This document shows, piece after piece, positions 38,035-45,631 of a stretch of DNA of 64,000 nucleotides. Every line of letters begins with the position of its first letter. The first letter of the stretch is position 1. Origin of the DNA: an uncultured Candidatus Poseidoniales archaeon (GTDB lineage Archaea; Thermoplasmatota; Poseidoniia; Poseidoniales; Thalassarchaeaceae). The position numbers and the translations under genes are program-made. Under the pieces are notes generated by a model. It was not told the origin of the DNA. It did not search any database and saw only the letters and a list, made by a program, of their open reading frames with translations. Where the stretch lies: NCBI GenBank assembly GCA_902573015.1, contig CACGIE010000004.1, positions 8,907-72,906 of the forward strand. The letters run 5' to 3'.

Positions 38035-38496
38035 GTGATGGGCGACAGTTGGTCTGGAATAGTTGACGTGGGTTCGAAACCAATTGTAGAGAGAGAGGCC
38101 ATTGCTACTGGCATGATTCTACTAAAGTCAGAATCTATTGACGCAGTGGCAAATGGGTCTTCTCCTAAGGGAGATGTCCGTGAAGCCTCAACTATTTCTG
38201 CGATTCAGGCAGTCAAAGAGACCTCTCGAATACTCCCCCACTGTCACCCCATACCTATCGAGGGATGTCACGTGGAGTGGGTGTTAGAAGAAACAGGACT
38301 GAGGTGTAGTGTTACAGTAAGGACTCATTGGACAACTGGGGTTGAGATGGAAGCTCTGTGTGGAGTAAGCGCTGGTTTACTTTGCGCTTGGGACATGTTG
38401 AAGCCAATAGAGAAGGATAAGGAAGGGCAGTATCCCGAAGTAAGAATTGAGGATATCCGAGTCCTAAGAAAGAAGAAGTCACATCCGCAGGATTGA
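38035..38496 (+). CDS. moaC: Cyclic pyranopterin monophosphate synthase
   Basis: KGDVREASTISAIQAVKETSRILPHCHPIPI and TGVEMEALCGVSAGLLCAWDMLK. Confidence 0.9.
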   Translation: MMGDSWSGIVDVGSKPIVEREAIATGMILLKSESIDAVANGSSPKGDVREASTISAIQAVKETSRILPHCHPIPIEGCHVEWVLEETGLRCSVTVRTHWTTGVEMEALCGVSAGLLCAWDMLKPIEKDKEGQYPEVRIEDIRVLRKKKSHPQD

Positions 38497-38520
38497 ATTC
38501 TATGACCCTTTCAGGAGGGC

Positions 38521-39468
38521 GTGCCAACGGCAGACCTAATTCCAGATTTCCTCAAGGCCACAGAGGCTGCAGCTATCGCTGCTTCAAGTTGGAGGGGGCT
38601 AGGGGATGGAAAGGGAGCCGACGGAGCCGCCGTCGAAGCAATGCGTGCAATCTTCGACTCTGTTCCCTTCGATGGCAGAGTTGCCATTGGCGAGGGTGAG
38701 AGGGACGACGCTCCGATGCTATGGATCGGAGAGCCTCTCGGATCTAAGCAAGGAGATATCAATGCTCCATCGATAGACATCGCTGTTGACCCTCTCGAAT
38801 GTACCAATCACGTAGCAAATGATCTCCCAAATGCAATGGCAGTACTGGCTGCAGCCCCACGGGGGTCTCTATTGCATGCTCCGGATTGCTACATGGACAA
38901 GATAGCAGGACCTTCCGAGATATTTGACGCTATTAGCTTGGAAGCAGATGTCGATTACAATATTGAGGGGGCCTCAGATGCATTGGGTAAGAGCCCATCC
39001 GACATGCAAGTAGTGGTGATGGACAGACCTAGGCATGAAGATTTGATCAGAAATCTGAAGGATTTGGGAATTTCTCCGGTACTGATCGGTGATGGGGACA
39101 TTGCTGCAGCACTGAACGCTGCAGATCCTGAATCAGAAATTGATATGTTGATGGGGATAGGGGCAGCCCCGGAGGGAGTGATTACAGCAACGGCTCTGAG
39201 GGGTCTCGATGCTCCATTTGAGGGAAGACTTGTGTTCAAGAACGAAGGACACAGAGAGAGAGCAGAGGAAATGATTGAAGGAGATATAGAGAGAATCTGG
39301 TCTCGGGACGAACTCTGTTCGACGGAAGACTCAATTTTCATTGGTACAGGTGTTTGTGACGGCAGAACAAAAGGAGTTGAAGACCTTGGACAAGGGTCCT
39401 ATAGCGTTCATTCCGAGATTATAGATGTCAAATCAAAAGAACACTACTTCGTTTCAACTACAATTTAG
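38521..39468 (+). CDS. glpX: Fructose-1,6-bisphosphatase class II (GlpX type)
   Basis: ATEAAAIAASSWRGLGDGKGADGAAVEAMR, GEGERDDAPML, DIAVDPLECTN and GIGAAPEGV. GTG start. Confidence 0.9.
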   Translation: MPTADLIPDFLKATEAAAIAASSWRGLGDGKGADGAAVEAMRAIFDSVPFDGRVAIGEGERDDAPMLWIGEPLGSKQGDINAPSIDIAVDPLECTNHVANDLPNAMAVLAAAPRGSLLHAPDCYMDKIAGPSEIFDAISLEADVDYNIEGASDALGKSPSDMQVVVMDRPRHEDLIRNLKDLGISPVLIGDGDIAAALNAADPESEIDMLMGIGAAPEGVITATALRGLDAPFEGRLVFKNEGHRERAEEMIEGDIERIWSRDELCSTEDSIFIGTGVCDGRTKGVEDLGQGSYSVHSEIIDVKSKEHYFVSTTI

Positions 39469-39552
39469 AGGGACTATTCTCCTTCCCATTACGATAAACA
39501 TTGACGATGGTTTCTTTTCTTACTGCCTCCTCCACTACTCCGAGGAAAGAAG

Positions 39553-40572
39553 ATGGATAGGGAATTGTTGGAAAAAAATGCTAGATTTTTGGTCTCCCCA
39601 GGAAGAGGCATACTTGCTGCAGATGAGAGTAACGGGACGATGTCCAATCGCTTGGAAGCAGTAGGTGTGGAAGCATCATCTGAGACCAGAAGGGCATACC
39701 GTGCCAATCTCTTTTCCACGGAGGGTTATGAATCTGCGATTAGTGGCGTTATCCTATTCGATGAGACAATCCGTCAGACAATGAAAGATGGAACTCCAAT
39801 ACCCGCCGAACTTTCCAGTAGGGGAATCCTTCCAGGAATAAAGGTCGACACTGGAGCAAAGGAACTGGCCAATCACGAGGGCGAGAAAATCACAGAGGGA
39901 CTCGATGGACTTAGAGAAAGATGTTCTGAGTATTTCTCAATGGGTGCCAGATTCGCTAAATGGCGTGCAGTAATTAGGATCGATGAAGGACTTCCAACCA
40001 AAGCGTGTATTGCTACGAATGCACATGCCTTGGCAAGGTACTCAGCAATCTGCCAGGAGCAAGGGCTAGTCCCTATAATCGAACCAGAGGTTCTGATGGA
40101 CGGAGACCATGATGCTACAAGATGCTACGAAGTAACGGCAGAAATTTTGGATGCTACCTTCTCAGAGTGTCAAAGCCAGGGTGTACATATTCCTGGAGCT
40201 TTGCTAAAGCCAAATATGATAATTCAAGGTAATGATTGTGAGAACCAGATTTCTCGCGAGGAGGTTGCAAATCTCACTGTCGAATGTCTAACAAATCATG
40301 TTCCTCACGATCTCCCCGGGATAGTATTCCTATCTGGAGGACAATCTGACGAAGATGCTACAGCACATCTCAATTTGATGAATAAGATGACTCTCGAGCA
40401 CCCTTGGGAGCTATCATACTCCTATGGTAGGGCGCTACAAGCAGACGCCCTACGAAAGTGGTCAGAGGCCACTGAAGATTCTGATATATCTAGCCAAACA
40501 GCATTTTCGCATAGGGCGAAAATGAATAGCTTGGCCAGGTTTGGTGATTGGAGCCAGGACCTAGAGTCGTAA
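39553..40572 (+). CDS. fba: Fructose-bisphosphate aldolase class I
   Basis: GILAADESNGTMSNRLEAVGV, LFDETIRQ, GIKVDTG, IIEPEVLMDG and LLKPNM (Schiff-base Lys region). Confidence 0.9.
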   Translation: MDRELLEKNARFLVSPGRGILAADESNGTMSNRLEAVGVEASSETRRAYRANLFSTEGYESAISGVILFDETIRQTMKDGTPIPAELSSRGILPGIKVDTGAKELANHEGEKITEGLDGLRERCSEYFSMGARFAKWRAVIRIDEGLPTKACIATNAHALARYSAICQEQGLVPIIEPEVLMDGDHDATRCYEVTAEILDATFSECQSQGVHIPGALLKPNMIIQGNDCENQISREEVANLTVECLTNHVPHDLPGIVFLSGGQSDEDATAHLNLMNKMTLEHPWELSYSYGRALQADALRKWSEATEDSDISSQTAFSHRAKMNSLARFGDWSQDLES

Positions 40573-40827
40573 TCAGGCCTTCTCTTCCAACGCGCCTGGG
40601 CGAACCTGCCAGACACAGATTTCGTATCTACCAGAAAGTGCCCCACCCCTCTTGGTCGTAGCCACCTTCAGTATGTCTTTGTCCTTTGAAAGAACATTCC
40701 CTAGCTGCTGCGGAGTAGTTCCATGCCTCATAGTTGAGTTAACATGTTCTAGTATTTCCGTGGTGTTTGCCTCTCCTCTTTCATCTAAGAATTTCTTGAT
40801 CTTTTGCCTTAGTCTTGTGGTCCTCAT
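40573..40827 (-). CDS. Small basic hypothetical protein, possibly winged-helix
   Basis: I prefer the 84-aa version starting MRTTRLRQKIKKFLDERGEANTTEILEHVN... The upstream part of the track ORF is poly-Lys encoded by the AT-rich spacer. Its stop abuts the fba stop with no spacing. Confidence 0.4.
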   Translation of the reverse strand: MRTTRLRQKIKKFLDERGEANTTEILEHVNSTMRHGTTPQQLGNVLSKDKDILKVATTKRGGALSGRYEICVWQVRPGALEEKA

Positions 40828-40965
40828 ATTCTCACTCTTCTTGTTCCTGGGACTCCCACAATGTCCGCTTTTCTCAGGATAGCGGATGGTAATATAATGC
40901 TTCTGTATGTTTTTTCTCTTCTTGGTTACAAATAATGACAGTTTTTTTGCATTTTGTTTATATTT

Positions 40966-41007
40966 TTTCCACTGCACATTCCAATAACTGATATTTCCAC
41001 TGGAAAC
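40966..41007. promoter_or_regulatory. ORB-like (origin recognition box) dyad plus an upstream half-site in an AT-rich divergent spacer
   Basis: 40993-41007 reads ATTTCCACTGGAAAC, whose reverse complement is GTTTCCAGTGGAAAT. This is a perfect 6-bp dyad, TTTCCA-n-TGGAAA. The half-site TTTCCACTG repeats at 40966-40974, 28 nt upstream in the same orientation. Confidence 0.5.
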
Positions 41008-41081
41008 TTATAACTAAATGTAACTAAAACAAATATTTTATTACTCTCTTTCATACAGTATCGTTCTGTAGGTGTTTTTTC

Positions 41082-43709
41082 GTGTCAGATGCTTCCCATA
41101 GATTCGTCCATGATGATCCGAAGAAAATCAGAAGTAAGCACCGTCGCAGGATTCTCTCCCTGCTCTCGGATGGTGAAGCCACAGTCTCCCTTTTGTCTTC
41201 AGAATCAGGACTCAGAATGCCTCACGTTTCTGCTGAAATCAGTCGTATGAGGGTCGAGGGTTTGGCTACAAGCGACCTTCCTCCTGGTTCTAGGGGTGCA
41301 AGAATCAGACTCACTGAGGATGGTTGGAGGGCTCTAGAGGATGACGAGTGGTCGAAAGTAATTGAGTTGAAGGCGCCATCCTCAAACTCAGATTACTGCT
41401 GTGTGTTGTCCAGGGACGAAGGAAATCTAACTTTGTGTTTTTTGAGTGTTCCAAGAGAACCCTTGGTGCAGATTCCAAACCGAATTGCGACCCTAATCTC
41501 AGAGACTACTATGTCCACAAGAAACAATGGGGTCTCTTGGAGATGGGCAGTTCTTTCTGAGGCTACCCCTCGTTGGTTCGACAGAGAGAAAATGACAATC
41601 CTAGATTCACCCCCGGAGTTTGCCGACCCAGGAAGTATAGAGTCATATTCAGAAAAACCACAAATCTTCGGAGTTATCAGGGCTAAGCTCCTGCACCCAT
41701 CTACTAGCTCGATAATTTCACCCGGAGAATGGTTTTCTCAACCAAACCAGATTTACACTGCCCCCTTGGACGAGGCCACTCATCACAGAGGAGATTGGAC
41801 TCTCGGCTCACCTCATAGCAAATCTCCAGATGTTAGACCAACTCAACCCATCGCTGCTACCATCAACGAAAGACTTCCACTTTCTGTTCTACTGAGGTCA
41901 GCTAGGTCAAACTCGCTGGTCATTGCAGATCTAAGTGGATTGGGAATAGAAGGCGAAGAATACCCAATCGGCGCACTTAGATATTGGATTAAGAAAGTCC
42001 ATCCTAGGCTTTCAGAGTCCGAAAGGAGAAGGAGGTTAAACTCGTTGATTGATAGGATTTCATCCTCTAGAACAATAAAGGTCCCAGAGTCGACGATTAG
42101 AAAATTTAGGAAGGATTGGGCGGGAAGAAAATTCTCAAACGATGAATCCGGAATCAGATCAATCGAGTTGAGGGGCCTGAGTAAAAACGCGACAGAGTCT
42201 ATCATCAGGTGGTCCATGGATAATGATTCAACCCCATTAGTAATAGAGATCAGACATGATTTGACAAGTGAATTAATGTCTAGAATCGCATCTAAGCAGA
42301 ATCTTAGACTAGTAATTTTGGACCATCTACCAGATCAATTCTCTTCATTCACTGTGCTTGAAGTAGATAGGATTCGAACACTTCCATGGTTGAGTTATCG
42401 TACTGGTAGAGGGGAGAGAATACCAGTAAGGATGGTAGAAAGAGGAAAAATCACAGACTATCCAGAAGAACCTGAGAGCACTACGATTTCTCCATGGCAA
42501 ATTTTGAAAATCTCTTCTGAGGATGATGAATACAAACAAGAAATAGCCAGAAATTCAGCTTCTATAATTAGATCTGCGGTCTCCCAATTTCCTGATGGTG
42601 ATGAAGAATGGGCGAATCAAATGGAGGCAATGTATCCACTCGCGTCCTGGATAGCATCTCCAAGGACAACTAGATGGCAAAGATGGCAGAGAGTTTCCTC
42701 AAGATTGGATTCAGAATGGATAGCACTACTTGATCTGGACTATGTTCCAATTGAGAAGATTTCAGAATTGGCTAATCAAGCCCCGAAATCAGTAAAGGAA
42801 ATTTTCTCACGAACTTTAACTTCCAAACTTAGAGAGGATGCGGATAATCTGTTAAGATCATGGCCCGCAATCGATCCAAGACAAGCCAATTCTGGTGCTT
42901 CTTGGCTGGCGTCTCACTTTATTCAGAACTCAGCATGGATGCCTAAAGAGACGCACCATGACATCATTGGCTGGGCCGTTGAGGCATGGCTATCTGACCC
43001 ACCGAGTGAGTCTCTTGGGGCTCTGGATGGAATAAACTGGCTCTTTACTACTGGAAATCTAGAGAAAGCGATTTTCGATAGGCTAATTGAAAGAATTAGA
43101 GACATCGGAAACTCACTCCCTGAGGGACATCACCTCAATACTTGGTCTAGGCTTTATGACCACGCTTCAGGGAAAAGAGAGGCTAAACTGGAAGATATAC
43201 AGTTATTCATCACACATATCCCCAATTCATGGTGGACGCCATTTTCATCGGAATTCTTGAAAATGATACTGAATAGTACCATTACAGCCGAATTCTTCAG
43301 TGTAAATATTCCTTGGTGTTCAAATGTCCTTAGGCCGAAAGGAGAGACTTCATGTTTTCCAGGCCTATCTTCTATAATTAATCAGGGATGTGATATCGAA
43401 ATTTTCCCTTTATTGCAGAATCACTTACGTTCTGCTAGTTCTGAGGTAGGCGATGTCAATTCTATGAATCATCTCCGGGATTTACTATCCGCGTTAGAAT
43501 CAATTAGAGAAGGCTCTAATCCAACTGTTGGGCTCTCTCATAAACTATCAGGTTGGCTAGCACAACCACTTGAGAAATGGCCCAACTTCACTCTGGAGAT
43601 GATTATGGATGGCGACATAGACGTTTCAGAAAGTCTAATTCTTCGGAAGTCCGGATTTCACGAAGGACTCAGGAATATCGATAGTTCTGCCCAACCGTTG
43701 GGTTCTTGA
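41082..43709 (+). CDS. Large orphan protein with an N-terminal ArsR/TrmB-like winged helix-turn-helix
   Basis: 875-aa uninterrupted ORF with a GTG start. N-terminus is KHRRRILSLLSDGEATVSLLSSESGLRMPHVSAEISRMRVEGLATS...IRLTEDGWRAL. The remaining ~780 aa are Trp-rich with no Walker A or any other motif I recognise. GC is clearly lower than in the flanking genes. Confidence 0.6.
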   Translation: MSDASHRFVHDDPKKIRSKHRRRILSLLSDGEATVSLLSSESGLRMPHVSAEISRMRVEGLATSDLPPGSRGARIRLTEDGWRALEDDEWSKVIELKAPSSNSDYCCVLSRDEGNLTLCFLSVPREPLVQIPNRIATLISETTMSTRNNGVSWRWAVLSEATPRWFDREKMTILDSPPEFADPGSIESYSEKPQIFGVIRAKLLHPSTSSIISPGEWFSQPNQIYTAPLDEATHHRGDWTLGSPHSKSPDVRPTQPIAATINERLPLSVLLRSARSNSLVIADLSGLGIEGEEYPIGALRYWIKKVHPRLSESERRRRLNSLIDRISSSRTIKVPESTIRKFRKDWAGRKFSNDESGIRSIELRGLSKNATESIIRWSMDNDSTPLVIEIRHDLTSELMSRIASKQNLRLVILDHLPDQFSSFTVLEVDRIRTLPWLSYRTGRGERIPVRMVERGKITDYPEEPESTTISPWQILKISSEDDEYKQEIARNSASIIRSAVSQFPDGDEEWANQMEAMYPLASWIASPRTTRWQRWQRVSSRLDSEWIALLDLDYVPIEKISELANQAPKSVKEIFSRTLTSKLREDADNLLRSWPAIDPRQANSGASWLASHFIQNSAWMPKETHHDIIGWAVEAWLSDPPSESLGALDGINWLFTTGNLEKAIFDRLIERIRDIGNSLPEGHHLNTWSRLYDHASGKREAKLEDIQLFITHIPNSWWTPFSSEFLKMILNSTITAEFFSVNIPWCSNVLRPKGETSCFPGLSSIINQGCDIEIFPLLQNHLRSASSEVGDVNSMNHLRDLLSALESIREGSNPTVGLSHKLSGWLAQPLEKWPNFTLEMIMDGDIDVSESLILRKSGFHEGLRNIDSSAQPLGS

Positions 43710-43720
43710 GCAAATCTGCA

Positions 43721-43998
43721 GGCGTAGTGTTGCCCAGCCGGCAACACCGTGCGGACGAAACCCCCTCGCCGGAGGTGGAGGATGAAACACGGCACCACGG
43801 ATTGGGTGACCATCCGTCGAAGACCATCGTGACTCTTCTGAGAGAATGATCGATGGCGCAAATCGGGTGGCCGGACTGCGTAGGTCCCCTGAGGACGGAA
43901 TAGAATGAATCAAGGGACTACCCCGCAGTCCGACAGACGTCCCGGGGTGGGTCAGGCGCCAGAGCAAAGCAGTGAAGGTTGCCGTTACGCCCCGGGGC
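43721..43998 (+). ncRNA. Unclassified GC-rich structured RNA candidate (~280 nt)
   Basis: A GC-rich block sits between two CDSs. It has consecutive strong hairpins: 43727-34/43740-47 (8 bp), 43764-67/43772-75, a long irregular helix 43810-16/43864-70 plus 43824-29/43851-56 plus 43833-36/43841-44, 43873-80/43924-31 (8 bp) with inner 43884-88/43914-18, and 43939-47/43990-98 (9 bp). Loops are purine-rich on the + strand. The only ORFs here are antisense and read as R/P/S/G nonsense. Confidence 0.5.
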
Positions 43999-44022
43999 AC
44001 ACTGAAAGTTCAGGTGTTTTGG

Positions 44023-45057
44023 GTGGAGAAAAAGAAGCACGAAATAGGATTAATTGGTGGCACTTTTGATAGATTCCATGCCGGACACAGATCCTTGATT
44101 GCTGCAGGTCTTGCATATTGCAATAATATCCAAGTCTGGATAACCAATGATGAGTTAGCTAGGTCGAAGGATCGACGTATCCAGGGCTGGCATGATAGGG
44201 AGTCCGATTTGATCGATGCCACATCAGAAAACTCCTCTCGAATTACAACTCATCAACTTGATGATAAATTCGGACCATCCTTGCTATCTACTGAGGCATC
44301 AGCAGTTATATGCACTGCTGAAACAATGCAGGGATGCTTGGAAATCAACTCTATCCGGGAAAAAGATGGATTTTCTCCTCTAGATATTATCTCTGTTGAG
44401 AGAGTCACTTCTTGGGATGGGAGTCCAATATCTAGTTCAAGAATCAGAGATGGCCACATAGACAGGGAGGGGATGCCATGGATTCCCGAACCTTTCAGAA
44501 CTTCAGACCTAATTATGACTCCCGAGGTAGAGTCCCAACTCAAAGAACCTTTTGGAGAACTAATCGAGGGGCCCGAGGAGGATATTACCGTGGCTGCTTT
44601 GGAAGCCATCTCTAGGATAGTAGAATCTACAAAATTTACCGGTCCACTAATTGCCGTTGGAGATGTCACCGTCCTAGCCTTTCAGAATTCAGGAAGACCA
44701 GCAGATATAGCAATAGTCGACGGACAAACCAAGCGTGAAGAATGGGAGGCCTCGAATGAAATTGACTTCACTTTGTATGATAATCTTCTCGAATGTATTA
44801 GTCCAGCAGGATCCTTATCCAGATCGCTCCTAAAATCATGTGAATCTTCAATCTCATCATGGATGGAAAACGAAGAGAGCAGCATAATCAGAGTAGTCGG
44901 TGAAGAGGACCTTTCTCCGCTTCTTCTACATCCGATGGCACCCATTGGCTCTGTAGTTCTTTATGGTCAACCAGAAAGGGGCTTAGTCATTAGGTGGTGT
45001 GACGAAGAATCAAAGATTAGATGCAGAAATCTCCTCAGAGGTTTTTCCACAGACTAG
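44023..45057 (+). CDS. Bifunctional phosphopantetheine adenylyltransferase / GTP-dependent dephospho-CoA kinase (DUF359) fusion
   Basis: N-terminus GLIGGTFDRFHAGHRSLI...ISSSRIRDGHIDREG is the archaeal cytidylyltransferase-type PPAT. C-terminus LKEPFGEL...IAVGDVTVLAF...ADIAIVDGQTKRE...VVGEEDLSPLLLHPMAPIGSVVLYGQPERGLVI carries the DUF359/archaeal DPCK signature. GTG at 44023 is preceded by AGGTG. The track ORF start at 43972 lies inside the RNA candidate. Confidence 0.75.
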   Translation: MEKKKHEIGLIGGTFDRFHAGHRSLIAAGLAYCNNIQVWITNDELARSKDRRIQGWHDRESDLIDATSENSSRITTHQLDDKFGPSLLSTEASAVICTAETMQGCLEINSIREKDGFSPLDIISVERVTSWDGSPISSSRIRDGHIDREGMPWIPEPFRTSDLIMTPEVESQLKEPFGELIEGPEEDITVAALEAISRIVESTKFTGPLIAVGDVTVLAFQNSGRPADIAIVDGQTKREEWEASNEIDFTLYDNLLECISPAGSLSRSLLKSCESSISSWMENEESSIIRVVGEEDLSPLLLHPMAPIGSVVLYGQPERGLVIRWCDEESKIRCRNLLRGFSTD

Positions 45058-45584
45058 TTTTCAGCATCCCTAATCCAATGAAGGCCCAAACCAACTGATA
45101 CTAGCGCAATCATGACTGAGTATACCCCTGGGTCAACCCATGTTGTTTCCCTGAGGCTCCATCCAAAGTAGTAGACAACGCCCAACAGCATCATCCAACT
45201 TGCTATGGTTCTAACAATATCTAGGTTAGGAGAAATCAGACTCTTCATTATCCGTTCATTTGGTAGTCCGGAAATCCAGCCAACAAAGCCATCCTCTCTT
45301 GAGGAGCCTATCCCCATTACTCCTATGCCAATTAGTACTGCACTGATTATTGCAAAGATGAAATCATCTGGGAAGTTTAGTCCGATCTCATGAGCAGAGT
45401 TTGTAACCGGGCCATTAGTGATGAAGTCCATCCAGTTCACCTTTCTACCATCCGAATATGCTCCAGAAATTATGTTGACAAGGGTAAGAAATGCCATCCA
45501 TGAGCCCACTAAAAATGAGCCAACCGACATAGTAATGCTGGGGCTCTTCAAGACTTCCTTCCACTCTTGGTCAGCTTCTGACAT
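45054..45584 (-). CDS. Hypothetical polytopic membrane protein
   Basis: 176 aa with about 4-5 hydrophobic helices. No motif recognised. Confidence 0.5.
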   Translation of the reverse strand: MSEADQEWKEVLKSPSITMSVGSFLVGSWMAFLTLVNIISGAYSDGRKVNWMDFITNGPVTNSAHEIGLNFPDDFIFAIISAVLIGIGVMGIGSSREDGFVGWISGLPNERIMKSLISPNLDIVRTIASWMMLLGVVYYFGWSLRETTWVDPGVYSVMIALVSVGLGLHWIRDAEN

Positions 45585-45631
45585 CGAGCCGCCGTCCCGG
45601 AACCTCTGTTTAACCGTTGTCTGAACTATCC

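Noticed and set aside
40606-40625. Possible inverted terminal repeat of the low-GC island (CCTGC...CAGATTT at 40606-40625 against the reverse complement of 43711-43727)
   Set aside because: Only about 12 matching nucleotides are interrupted by a 6-nt gap, one copy lies inside a CDS, and no integrase or transposase is present. This is compatible with chance.
43901-43952. Calling the block RNase P RNA from CR-IV/CR-V-like strings (UAGAAUGAAU, GACAGAC)
   Set aside because: There is no GGAAAGUCC (CR-I) in the block. The best P4-like pairing (ACCCCCUC with GGGG-U-GGGU) puts the bulge on the wrong strand. The would-be P2 partner is only 50 nt away, forming a local hairpin instead of enclosing the molecule.
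43951-43978. Calling the GC-rich block an SRP (7S) RNA on the basis of a helix-8-like string
   Set aside because: The AGG...AGCA spacing does not allow a 3-bp stem closed by a GNAR tetraloop. The motif lies only ~30 nt from the downstream CDS, leaving no room for the 3' strand of helix 5. I also found no long 5'/3' pairing. It is kept as unclassified.
43635-44000. 121-aa and 67-aa minus-strand ORFs across the GC-rich block
   Set aside because: The translations are dominated by R/P/S/G (for example PPPPARGFRPHGVAGW) and have no start context. The open frames are better explained as a by-product of high GC in a structured RNA.
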